From Octopus bimaculoides (taxonomy: Eukaryota), in the NCBI RefSeq assembly GCF_001194135.2, contig NC_068984.1, positions 58,932,953-58,996,952 of the forward strand: DNA of 64,000 nt. Reading direction: 5' to 3'. The position numbers and the translations under genes are program-made. Below, piece by piece: positions 1-11,870 of the stretch. The notes under the pieces were generated by a model. That model made no database searches, was not told where the DNA came from, and worked only from the letters and a program-made list of their open reading frames with translations. Every line of letters begins with the position of its first letter. The first letter of the stretch is position 1.

Positions 1-96
1 TATTTCTGCTGCTTTTAAATAAAGCATATTACTCTACCTCTGGTTTTTGAGTACTCTTTTTTCCACCTTGTTGCACATTTCATGTGCTTACTCCGG

Positions 97-136
<40 letters not shown>

Positions 137-137
137 C

Positions 138-300
138 GACGGGCTTCTTTCAGTTTCCATCTACCAAATCCACTCACAAGGCTTTGGTCGGCCCGAGGCT
201 ATAGTAGAAGACACTTGCCCAAGGTGCCATGCAGTGGGACTGAACCCGGAATCATGTGGTTGGTAAGCAAGCTACTTACCACACAGCCACTCCTGTGCCT
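138..300 (-). mobile_element. tRNA-derived SINE, family A (head plus CCTTGGGCAAGT core)
   Basis: Reverse complement reads GGAGTGGCTGTGTGGTAAG (A-box-like)...GGGTTCAGTCCC (B-box-like)...CCTTGGGCAAGTGTCTT. Homologous to many other copies in the window. Confidence 0.85.
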
Positions 301-904
301 TTATCGTTTTTAATTTGCAAGCAATTAAAAAAATTTTTCATGTGATGTGTAACCATAATTTTTTTTTTTTATCATTCAATATCTAGCAGACCACGAAGAC
401 AAAATGATTTGAATCATTGGGTTAGATCCTGGATCTATAAGGTTTCATTCAGGAGTATGGCCAGTAGCATAGAGCATTCAGTAGTAATGAACTTTCAGAG
501 TTATAGCAGTCATAGCAAAATAATTTAGATGTAATAAAACCTTACAGTCATAATAACCTAAGTTCATGTTCACACATTCAATGATTAAAACCTACTGTAA
601 GTCTTTCCTACATTTGGAAGGCTTCTCTCTGATCTGTGTGTCTGTGGTGTTTCGTGTGTGTGTGTGTGTGTGTGCATGTATATATATATATANNNNNNNN
701 NNNNNNNNNNNNNNNNNNNNNNNNNNNNCTGGATTTGATTTTCCTAATGAGAAAAGTTCATTGTAATATATTTTTCCATTGTTAGTGTAAGAATGACTAA
801 ATATGCTTGAGTTTCCACTTCCTAAAACTTTGTATGTAAAAACAAATTAATATTTGCTCTGGATTTTTATTTTTGTATTTCTAAAGATTCTTTCACTCCT
901 CTAA

Positions 905-1250
905 ATGGCTCATTCTCATGAAACAAGTTTCTTTAATATTGATAAAATTTCTCTTGCTCACTCACTCACTCATTCACTATCCTCCCTCTTTGTCTCTCTC
1001 TTTCTCTCTCACACTATTCTCCCTCATTGTCTCTCTCTTTCTCTCTCACACTATTCTCCCTCATTGTCTCTCTCTTTCTCTCTTTCTCTCTCTCACACAT
1101 ATCAGAGCCTCCTCCTTCTTCTCTTTCTCTCTCTCACATATGCTAGTTTCTTCCCTTCCTCCTTCCCACTCTGTCTCATGCACAAACACACTCTTCTCTC
1201 CCTCTCTCTCTCTCCCTCCCCCTATCCCCCCTCCCCCTCTCTCTCTGCTA
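905..1250. repeat. CT-rich low-complexity tract containing a ~37-bp tandem duplication
   Basis: (CT)-rich sequence; CTCTTT(C)TCTCTCACACTATTCTCCCTCATTGTCTCT occurs twice in tandem at ~998-1072. Confidence 0.9.
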
Positions 1251-1738
1251 TTAAACTATAATTTTTGATTTCTTAGGCTAATGCATCAGAAAAAGCTATT
1301 AAGGTTTCCCTCTTATTCTGAGAGTTTGTCTATTTATAACAAGGATCTTGTGATGGAAGTCCTTAGATTCTGTGCACAATGTTAGCTCAACAGTGCCTGT
1401 TGTTCATATCTTTAATCTCTTTCTGATTTCACTTGGTAAAACAATAGACAGTGTAGCTCCCCAGCTTTTCTTTTAGTCAGTACACAATTGAATTCTTCAT
1501 GTTTTTAAAATGTCATAATAGGCTTGCCTTAAGAAGCCTAACCTTCATCAAGTAATGATAATATCTTATGGAAGGGGTTTAGAGTTTATCCCTAAGTCAG
1601 CCCTGAGTGCACCTATGTTCAAAAACATTCCATATGTGACCCTCCTATCTTGCTTTTTATGTTTTTTTTTTCAGACATAGTGTGTCTACAATTACAATAT
1701 ATCTTTCATTTTTGAAAACAGTAGGGTATATAATTTAA

Positions 1739-1958
1739 CCCATTACCATTTAAACTAATGATATCCAGCCAAAATATTCTACTGCAGTTATGTTCAAACT
1801 GGCCAGATCCAACATCTTGCACCTACCCTACAATGTCATTATCAAAGTAAACAGTCGCTTTGTTGAAATATTGGAGCCACAAGATAATGCATATTTAATT
1901 CAAAACAATGTGAATAAATAAGCATTACACGTGACAGAGTAATCTGAATGCTAAAGGG
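1739..1958. mobile_element. piggyBac-like MITE
   Basis: TTAA|CCC...AATGCTAAAGGG|TTAA termini (TTAA at 1735-1738 and 1959-1962). Interior homologous to copies at 29625 and 39296. Confidence 0.75.
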
Positions 1959-2393
1959 TTAAGAGAGAGATTTGGTTATTATTTTTAGTGACCATGTAGA
2001 GGCTTCTCTCACTGATTCATGGATGAACAATATATTGGTACATTACATGAGATGAATAGCCTAATGTGTACAATAAGGCCATTCACTGAAGGTTAAACCA
2101 TGCTATCACTCACTTACTAGTTCTATCAACTATTCATATGAGTTTAAACTAAGAGGTTCAGAGGCTATATATTTCAGAGGAAGAAATGAGATGTTGTAAC
2201 TCTTAATTTTACTAAAAGGTATTTATGATGTAAGTGAAATCACTTCTTTTATGATACAGAATTAGGTGGTAACCAGTTGCATATAAAACTCACAAGGTAC
2301 ACATATTATCAAGAGATGTATTCACCAAGTGCTCTACAACTAATTAGAAAATAGTTGAGGTTATGACCAATGTGTAAGTAGAATAAATAAGAT

Positions 2394-2660
2394 ACAGGCA
2401 TGGTTGTGTGTTATGTTTGCTTCCCAACTACATGGTCCCATTTTCAGTTCCACTGCTTGGCATCTTTGACAACTTTTGAGTGGATTTGGTAGACAAAACC
2501 TGAAAGGAGCCCATCATATATATCTGTGTGTGTGTGAGCGTCTTTGCGTATGTATTTGTCCCCTAACACCACTTGACAACTGGTGTTGGTGTATTTATGT
2601 CCCATAACTTAGCAGTTTGTCAATAGAGACCAAGAGAATAAGTACCAGGCTCTACAAAAG
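2394..2660 (+). mobile_element. SINE family A, degraded
   Basis: GGCATGGTTGTGTG head, GTGGATTTGGTAGAC, (TG)n middle and AGAATAAGTACCAGGC tail shared with the copies at 33150 and 41915. Confidence 0.75.
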
Positions 2661-2699
2661 AAAACAGAAAATAGTCTTATTATTATCACTATGATTAAA

Positions 2700-3345
2700 A
2701 CAGCGGAATGACTCATTAGAGACAAAATGTTCTGCAATATTTGTTCTAACACTTTACATTTTAAGTTCAAATCTTGCTGAGGTCAGCTTTGCCATTCATC
2801 CCTCTAAGTTTGACAAAATAAATTATCAGGTGATCTTACGGTATGAGTCCTAAATATTGGCCTTTTCCGTAAAAAGTGCCTCTGGCGATCTTTACCAAAG
2901 ATCGGCCTTTTCCGTAAAAAAGTGTTGGAGAGAAACAGGGACACGACGTCATAAAAGCGAAAGACATACAGAGAGCACGATTTATTTTGAAGGGTTTAGG
3001 GTTAGGGTTAGGCTTAGGGTTAGAGTTAGGGTTAGGCTTAGGCTTAGGCTTAGGCTTAGGGTTTGTGTTTTACGGTTTCAGTTAGGGAATTCCATCCCTA
3101 ACCATAACCCTAACCCTGACAGTAAAACCCTAACCCTAACACCGTAGTGAAGATCGTGCAGGTGTTACGGAAAAGGCTGATCTTTGGTAAAGATCGCCAA
3201 AGACACTTTTTACGGAAAAGGCCGATATTTAGGACTCGTACCATAAGATCGCCAAATTATCAGTCATGTACTTGGTTCAATATAATTATCTATTCCCCTC
3301 CCCACAAATTTATGGCCATGTGCTTATATGAGAAAATTATTATAA
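2700..3345 (+). mobile_element. tRNA-derived SINE, family B, split by the 2829-3253 insertion
   Basis: AGTTCAAATC...GAGGTCAGCTTTGCCATTCATCC...AAAATAAATTATCAG before the insertion continues as ...CCCCTCCCACAAATTTATGGCC after it. Colinear with the intact copy at 40232. Confidence 0.7.
2829..3253. mobile_element. Non-autonomous foldback DNA transposon (Mutator-like MITE) with internal telomere-type repeats
   Basis: 89-bp TIRs (2829-2917 and 3165-3253; 7 mismatches, all transitions) starting GG, and a perfect 9-bp TSD AAATTATCA (2820-2828, 3254-3262). A 9-bp TSD with G-initial long TIRs fits MULE/MuDR. Confidence 0.85.
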
Positions 3346-3506
3346 CTATAATTACAAGTATTTCTACATTCATAGTGCTATATCTACTTCAGGTCACTTG
3401 AAATGCTTAAAGTATGAACATATGCAGGCTGAGAGACCAGCTGGCACACAGACAAAAACAAACCGACTCATATACACACACCTGTGTATGTATATTTATA
3501 TATATG

Positions 3507-3561
<55 letters not shown>

Positions 3562-4720
3562 ATTGATTTATGAGTTTGAAAACTAATTACTACTTTTTCA
3601 AATCTCTAATTAGACTTCATTTTAAGCACTTGATAATTCCTACCATTTAAAAACCATATCCGATTCTATTGCCTGATTTCTTATTGAATGTTGGATTCTG
3701 TCTCTGTACATGAAGAAGATAGGATATTTAATTGATTCTGACAATTCTTTTCACTTTAGTTGCCTTCAGTGCTTACACGCAGGAGTTACTATATGATGTA
3801 ATATTACATTTTCAATGAAAATGACACATTAATGCATTCGTTCTTCATCTTTTAGTTTTACAATTTTCAGATGATTTTTTTTTTGTTATTACAATTTTAT
3901 TTTTTGACTAACATTATGCATTATTTTTTATTTCTAAAATATGTTTTTAGTTGATTATATTTCCTTTGACTATTTCCTATGAAAATTGTAATAGTTTCAT
4001 CAAATTTTAAACATTTGCAATTATTGGTTTTCAATGGATTATATATAAAGTTATTTTCTATCTGTTTAATTTGAATTAATCAAATCTGCAAATTTTAAAT
4101 CTAAATGTGCTTCAGTTAAAATCTCAGCAGCAGCTTTCCCCACCCACCCTTTTTTTTTTCTCAGTTCTTTATACATTTTGTTTTAGTTTTATTTTATGCA
4201 TCATTGCAGCATTATGCAATTTTGACCTTATTGAAAAGAATATTTCTACTGAGTGCAAATATTTGCCTCATTATGTAAGATTTGTGACAAATACAGACAA
4301 AAAATATGCCATTAAATCTAAATATTGAAAAATGAAAAATAATTATAAGAAAAATAAGGAGGCAAATTATAGTCCTTTTATGTTGCTTTACTGTCAGTTT
4401 TATTTTATTGAGTGGCTGCTTGTGATTAGTAACAAATATTGTAAAACATAATGATGCAGTATGTGAGTGAACAAAGTTTATCAGAATGTAAATAGAATGT
4501 ACTCTAATATAAAAACACTTGAATAATTCTTTCTTTTTTTATTTTCTCTTTTCTTCCAGGTGAGTATCAGAACTTGTTTTGTTGAATTCTTTGATTCTGG
4601 AAAGATAACTATACTGTTGTAAGTAGAAAGTTTTATTCTTGATCTTGAAGAAGTAAAAAGATAGAAGAGAGAGAAGAAATCCTTAATCTTGTGAAAAAGT
4701 TGAAAATATCTGAAATTGCT

Positions 4721-4731
4721 TATACATACAT

Positions 4732-4801
<70 letters not shown>

Positions 4802-4945
4802 GTACGTATGTACATACTTACATGGATACATACACAGAATGTCTCAACAATATGTATACATAAATACATACATACATACATACATACGTACATATGTACG
4901 TACATGCATACATACATACATACATACATTACAGACAGACAGACA
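4721..4945. repeat. Compound microsatellite (TACA)n/(CA)n/(CAGA)n
   Basis: Directly visible. Confidence 0.95.
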
Positions 4946-5299
4946 GAGTGACAGAAGCAGTATTAATACCAAAAGATAAATATTCACCACTTAAAAGTGG
5001 ATGTTGCATTAGCACACACAAATACTGAAATATTTACCAAGAGAGTAAAATCTAATATGGTTATTTGGTGCATAAAAGCACATCATAGCTCTCACCAGCA
5101 ACAGACAGCTATCACTACTTCTACTGCATGGTGATTGTCTGCTGCTGACAATGGCTATGATGAGCATTTATGTAGCATAAAACAATATGAGAATTTTCTC
5201 TCTTGGTAAATATTGCAGTATTTGTGTGTTCTAATGCAACATCCACTTGTAAGTGGTGAGTATTTTACCATATGTAATTACCATACCAAACAGACTATT

Positions 5300-5555
5300 G
5301 GATGTCGTCATGCATTGCTGGTTATAATGTGCTTCCTTGCATTGCTGTAGCCTTTAAATGATGTCACCCTGCTGGCTAGGCAGGCAGGCAGTCATTGGTC
5401 CTGAACAGAATGCCAGTTTGTCACAGGATTACCCATTTATATATTTGAGTGAACTGGAGCAACATGAAATGAAGTGTTTTGCTCAAGAATACAATTCACT
5501 ACCAGTTCCAGTAATTGAAATTACAGTCTTGCAATCATGAGTGAAATGCCCTAGT
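5300..5555 (-). mobile_element. tRNA-derived SINE, family C (CORE-like central domain)
   Basis: Reverse complement contains CTTGAGCAAAACACTTCATTTC...TTGCTCCAG. Homologous to 57650-57920. Confidence 0.65.
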
Positions 5556-5581
5556 CACTAGGACATACACCTTCACATATA

Positions 5582-5635
<54 letters not shown>

Positions 5636-5650
5636 TCATCATCATCATCA
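5582..5650. repeat. (TCG)17 followed by (TCA)n microsatellite at the RTE tail
   Basis: 17 uninterrupted TCG units at 5582-5632, then TCA units. Confidence 0.95.
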
Positions 5651-6190
5651 TCCTCATACCTCTGCTTTCCATTCTGGAATGGGTTGGATGGTTTGACATG
5701 GAGCTGGCTAGCTAGGGAATTGTCCAGACTCCAATTGTCTGTTGTGGCATGGTTTCTATGTCTAGATGCCTTCCTAATGCCAATCACTTAACAGGGTGTG
5801 CTGGGTGTATTTTACATGCCACTGGCAAGAGTACATTTTACACAACACTGGTACAGGTGTGTTCATGTAGCACCAACATAGGTGCTTTTTTTATGTGGCA
5901 CCAGCACCTGAAAGAACAAGCCTGTATGTGTGGAGGACAGCAATTTTACTTAGTTTGACATGTCTTATCAAGTACAGCAAATCGCCACATCTAGTCCTTT
6001 GTCATTTTCTCAGACAGGCCCAGCATTCAAAGATCCTTTCTAACAACATCGTCCCACGTCTTCCTGAGTCTATCCCTTCTACAGGTACCCTCCACAATTA
6101 GAGTTCTTTACATACTTCTTTATATAACTGTCTTCATCCATACACATCACATGATCAAACCAGCGAAATTTTCTCTCTTGCACACAACAT
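5633..6190 (-). mobile_element. RTE-clade LINE 3' fragment, old
   Basis: Minus-strand translation CCVQERKFRWFDHVMCMDEDSYIKK matches the RTE ORF2 C-terminus of the 18812 copy. Followed by a degenerate 3' UTR and (GAT)n tail. Confidence 0.85.
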
Positions 6191-6198
6191 TTGATGCC

Positions 6199-6229
<31 letters not shown>

Positions 6230-7089
6230 AGCAAGAGCAAGATAACTTGCTTACTGTGTGCATGTATACACACACACATACAGTTAGCAAATTGTGGTAC
6301 TGGTGACAGAGACTAAAAAGATGATGCAGTTGATCAGTGGGCCAGTTGTAGAGTGAGTGTTACTGATTGAAAGCATGCTAACTTGTCAGCTTATTCTGTG
6401 AATGTCTTGAAGTTATGTATGTCCATGTAGTGGTATGCCATCTCAAATGATAAAGCAATAGTGCAGTGGTGTAGGAAGTGTTGGGGTTTCTTATTGCATA
6501 TGTAAGTAAGGTGATAATTTAATTTGCATTTTCCTGTTTGATATTCATCAAAAAAAAAGAAAAAGAAAAAAGAAAAATTGTTAAATAGTTGATTGGCGTT
6601 GTGAAAGTAGAGTATGAGTCATCAATAACAAATGTAGACCACTCTACTGGTTAATGGAATATTCTGGAAAGTGACTGTCAATCAAAAGTATTGGCTAATG
6701 TACAGAAGATAGATAGATGGGGATGGCAGTATGAAGGAGTAGCATGTGTGTTTAGTCAGTAAATAAATAAATCCAAAGGCCTGATGCTAGTGATAGAAAG
6801 CCAAAGATGATATAGACTAAAATGATTAGATGAAATAATTAAATAACATCTCAAGTCATTATGCCTGACAAATGAGATGAAACTGCAGTTTCAGAACTAA
6901 TGATGAGGGTGAGTGTGTGTGTGTGTGTGTTTATGCACACATGCATAAACATATCTCTAGCTTGCAAATATATTTTCTCATTCCTTTAAAAAATATCTGC
7001 TATTTATGTAGAGTATATCCTTTAGGGTAGTTAGTTGCACTTTCACTTTCCTCTTTTGCAGTGAAAGTATGTCTGTTTAAAACATACAT

Positions 7090-7275
7090 TACAAAGGGAA
7101 TCTGAGTATGACAAATCAGACCAATGAGAGAATCTCTACGTGATAGCTTGATCTGCTAGAAAATAGCAACCAAATTTCCTTCATATCAGCCCCTGCTGTT
7201 TTAAAATAGGAAGCATACATTATAAAATGTGGTTCTTGATATGCAAAAGACTGTCTTTGACCATTGATCTGCTGG
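7090..7275 (+). repeat. Unclassified dispersed repeat, family D
   Basis: GAAATAGCARCCAAAT...CCTRCT.TTTTAAAA block shared with ~58245-58450 (+), ~34205-34425 (-) and ~13010-13195. Confidence 0.55.
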
Positions 7276-9784
7276 ATGAAAGTTAACTAGAAATTAAACA
7301 GACACAACAACAAACATGGCAAAATGCATAAGTAACTTAGAAAAATACATACTTTAATTAGTACCTGCTGTGTACCAGTCTTTTCTATCTTATTCTGTTC
7401 ATCGGTCTATATCTTAGAATGTAGGAACACATTTTTCTGTACTTCATCTCATAAAGATCTCTCTTAAATTCCTGTAATAACCACCCAGAATACCTTCTCT
7501 TCAATATTTCCAAAGTGATCAAGACCCCTCTTGAAATATCCTGAATCTCATACTTTTTGATGTGAGATATAACAGAGGTGTTTGCTTCTACACAAAATGA
7601 CAAAGTGCTCCAACTGTAGATAAGCACTGAGAAAACAAAGTTCTACCTTTGAATATTTGAAAATTCTCAGATTAAGTTCAGCAAATGAACCACCTCGTAA
7701 ATTTCTATTTGTATATACTATCCCTGGAACTAATTGCTTCCTTAATCCTCCTCTCTCCATGAACTATATCCTTATGAATTTATCAACTCTGACTGATTTT
7801 TTTCCTTTCATCAATAACTTTTTATTAATCAAACTAACATTCTAGCATTAAAACTATTTACTATCATCCCTTATTTTCCAATTCCACATTCTGAACTCTC
7901 TTAACTTCAATATCCCCCATTAACTTTGCCATCTATCTTTTTTTATCATTACTTATTTAAAGAAATTGCACCATTTGTCACTTCTCATGGATAGCTCCCA
8001 ATTTCAAGTGCCTCATTCACTTCATATTTCAAGATCTCAATTTTATTTTCATACTGATTAAAAACCTAATTTTTTTATGTTTGTGTCCGTAAATTAATAA
8101 TTGCTTTTAGATTCGAATAATAAATATTGACATTCATAATGTAGTCTCTTTATGCTTTGGAATGTGAATATAATTGTGGCTGTCATATCAGTAAAGATGT
8201 GAATCATATTGCCACATATTGTAGTGTACTTAAACTAGATGCTTTCCAATGCATTGCTGGCTCACTCAAGTTTGTCTATTTAAATGTTGCCAATATTTGA
8301 CTTGGCTTTTCATCTCTCTTGGTTCAATAAAATACTTACCAGGAATGTACTGATTTTGATACAAACATGTTTTTACATCACTGTACAAGCACACTATATA
8401 AACATGTAATGATATATTTTGTGCCAGAGCATGTATAACTGCAGTAAAAGTTTTATAGATGGATATGTTTTATAATAACAACCTCCTATCAATGCTATCA
8501 TCTTTAAATGCAACTATCCAGCCATCTCTTTTCTTATCTATCCCTCTGCCTTTGTGTGTGTGTGTGTGTGTGTGTGCATCTGTGATTAATATGTATATAA
8601 TGATAAATTGCAAGAGGGAAAGAGAGAGAAGGAGAGAGAGATGCAGGGTGTTTGGGTGGGGGAGTAGATATAGTTAGTGTATGTTAGAATGTAGGTAACA
8701 AACCAACACTAAAGAAATATTTTGCAAACTGGATATTACTTTGCATTAAAAGAATTTGCTTTTCCTTGTCTTTGAAGTTAAACTGGTAGAGATAAGTACA
8801 ATTGATACTTTTCTTCCGTCATTTTGTTTCCGACCTGTTGTTTACTATGTTCCAGAACACTGAGATAATCTATTGCAATTAGAGAAAGGCTTCAGTTATA
8901 GTATTTTTGCTATTATAAGAAGAATATTCCATTCTTAGAAAGTAAACAGAAAGAAGACTTTGATGAAGCAAAGCTAAGACAAAATTATCATTAAAAATAG
9001 AATCCATCATTACCCATTGGAAAGACTGGTTTCTCTGCTTGGTGTTGCCATACAATGTTATCAGAAATATTACACTTTTTAGTTATTCATGATTAGACAG
9101 CCAATTTTGGTGAAAGGTTTTAGGTTCAGTAGTTTTCATTATGGTGATAATGACCTATAAATCTTCCTTACCCATGGACTTGTTTGAAGTGGAACATTTG
9201 ATGATACATGCTTAAGTTTAGCCTTATGCATAGTGTTAATGAGAACCAAAAAAATATACCTTATGTAAGATTTTAACATTTGGAAATACATTTTATATTT
9301 CAAACCAAACTGATCTCTGAAAAAAATGAAGAAATTCATAAGTCATTAAATAAAACTTAAGGATCTAAGAATACATAAAATATTATTTTAGCCATGTCAA
9401 AATTTTGCATGGTAGTATTTTTTAACCTATGTATTACTGTTCAATATACATTCAATTAAATTTTGGGTTAATATATCTCTTTTTAATTGTTTCCTTTTAT
9501 CAACTATTGGAACAGTTCCAATGCTTTGCTAAAATATTACAAGAGATCAAAACATTTCAAAATGTACCCTGAAATTTGTTTCATACTTTATTAACAAGTC
9601 TGTCTCTTTCAATAGATTCTATTCATATTTCAGTACATAAGAGTTGCAGTAAATGAATAGTCAAAGTGTCAAAACCAAACTCTATTCATTTAAGGCTCTA
9701 GTTCTGTCTGAAGCATTGTATTTTGAATTTGGTCAATACATTTTGTTCTTTTAAATGAAATACAGTATCATTTTGCTTTTAGAG

Positions 9785-9840
9785 TGGCATTTTACAACAA
9801 AATGCTTTGTGTACGAAAAGCATTTTGTTGTAAAATGCCA
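9785..9840. repeat. Perfect inverted repeat (24-bp stem, 8-nt loop)
   Basis: TGGCATTTTACAACAAAATGCTTT-GTGTACGA-AAAGCATTTTGTTGTAAAATGCCA; the arms are exact reverse complements. Confidence 0.95.
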
Positions 9841-11449
9841 AACTTATCATATCCATATTTAATATAAAAATTAGATCTAGAAATATCCTTTTGTTTTTAG
9901 CTGCTTAATGTAGTGTTAAGCTGAAAATCTGTATTGGAAATCCATACAATAGGGAAACAGTCAGCATTGCATTGAAGATAATGTACTAAGATGCTCCTTT
10001 GAGTAACTAGTAGCAAGTTGTGTATAAGTGAGTTGAAGCAATGACAATGTGTGTTCATGTGGTAATATGCATTGCATTCAAGAGAGATAACAACTACTGT
10101 TTGTGACAGTGTTAGGGAATAAAACAAGAGTTTTCAGTGGATAGAGGTGATTTAAAGGAGATAGGAAATGAGTTAACTAGTTGAACTTTACATATGTATC
10201 TGTGATGCTTTCAAATATTTTTGTAAGAAGTATCAGGTGTCAAGGATATTTTCTTAATTAAAAATTAAAATGAAGCATACATGTTAAAGATCAGATGAAT
10301 TTTCTGACGGAAATGAATTTTGAATATAGCACAAATGACTTTCTTACCTACAATTTCCTACTTTTTGGGTGGAAATATTGTATACTTATTAGATTTAACT
10401 ATTTAATTTTAAAAATAAAGAGAAAAGACTAAATATATTTTCAAATTGAGACTAATGTCCATATCCTGAAATTTCACTATTGTCAGCAGAGGTAAAACAG
10501 CTAAGTGGTTAAGGTATTGTACCTCCAACTCATAGATCATTAGTTCAAATCTACTGTATATATCTGGTCATGTCTCTGGGAAGAACATTTTATTCTACAT
10601 TATTGCAATTCATCTAGCTGTTAAGACCAAATATCACATCATCTGGGAATGTTATCTCTGATAGACTAATAGCTTATTCCTGTTCTGTTTAATTCCATGA
10701 GATTGAAGCTAAAGCAAGACACTTAAAAACCTCTGCAATATCAGCAGGCATATACATTTGCATTAATGTTGTTAGGACTGATATTTTGATTCTTTATTGT
10801 TTGATATAATAAATTCTGCATTTAATACCTATGTAAAAAAAACTTGAAATCTAATCTGACTATTGTGTAAATCAATGACATATTGTCTGAAAATCATTTG
10901 CTAACATTTCCATACCTACGAAAGAATCTTGTGAAAGTTTTAAAAATCAGTATTAAGCTTTCTAGGTTTTAATGCTCAGAATCCTAAACATTGCTATCAT
11001 ATAAATGATTTTTCTTTAAATCAAGAAGACTGAGTGACTGTATAGACAAGAGATTATAAAACTTCTGTCTAGTTCTATAGCTTGCTCAGTATATGTTTTT
11101 AAAGTGGTCACCACCTCTTCTTATATTTACAGTAGCATGTCTACAGTAAAGATGGTGCAACCTTGTCTGTGTAATTAAAGAAGAAGTTCTCTTCACAACT
11201 ATATTGTTCTAGGTTTGATTCTGCCTCGGACAAGTGCTTCTACCACAGTCATAGTTGACTAATACTTTGTGAGTGCAATTTAGTCAACAGGAATAGGAAA
11301 AAATATATTTTATTGTATAATTCAATATTTGTTCTAGTAGTAAGAACTAATATAGCTTGAGAGTTCTTTGATTTTCACCTGATCATAACTATGGCAAGAT
11401 ATTAAATAGGAATTGTGTTAAGGTTAGCTATTCAGAATTTCAGTTGTTA

Positions 11450-11870
11450 AGCTAAATGAAAAAGACAAACAGCTGGCTAATATCAATCATGTTACTTCAG
11501 AATTCAGGAGAATTGTCCATTTGATGGTAACTGTTTAGCAAAGTTGATAATGTACTGTGCTGAATTAGAAACAAGCAACAGAGATGAACCTAAAAATATA
11601 TATTGCAGCACCTGAATTGACATTCAAAGATTTATTGTTTTATGGCATTGTTTAAATTTATATGGTTCTTGTGTTTTCAATGATTTCAAAATTACCTGGT
11701 CAACTGTAGATAAGGTGCAACACTACTGGAATGGCAGCTTCAAATCCAAAATGTGGTATGATATTTGTTTCAGTGAAAAATTAAGAATTGTGTTTCCACG
11801 AAGTTGGAGTTTGAACAAAAGAACTGAATTATCAGCACTTTGTATCCATGAAGTTAGATATCTTTTGTAT
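11450..11870 (+). mobile_element. Penelope-like element, GIY-YIG endonuclease C-terminal remnant (frameshifted)
   Basis: Translates to NCPFDGNCLAKLIMYCAEL..., then (frameshift) YIAAPELTFK, KITWSTVDK..., EKLRIVFPRSWSLNKRTELSALCIHEVRYLL. This matches the CPxxGxCL...YIG...FK...LNKRxEL.S.C.H pattern of Penelope ORF ends. Confidence 0.78.

Noticed and set aside
138-300. tRNA-like A/B boxes as tRNA genes
   Set aside because: No complete cloverleaf; they continue into SINE cores and occur as many diverged copies.
2996-3139. Head-to-head TTAGGG/CCCTAA as a chromosome fusion scar
   Set aside because: It is enclosed by TIRs and a 9-bp TSD inside a SINE, so it arrived by transposition.
4481-4979. His/Thr/Tyr-rich and Cys/Val-rich ORFs (also 905-1268, 17465-17781, 36625-36924, 37773-38149, 51041-51437)
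   Set aside because: Translations of simple repeats and low-complexity DNA.
5551-5787. Poly-Asp ORF
   Set aside because: Translation of the (GAT)/(GAC) microsatellite.
7385-7990. Protein-looking ORF 7385-7627 (-)
   Set aside because: No identifiable motif or supporting splice structure; may be a decayed LINE, but that could not be supported either.
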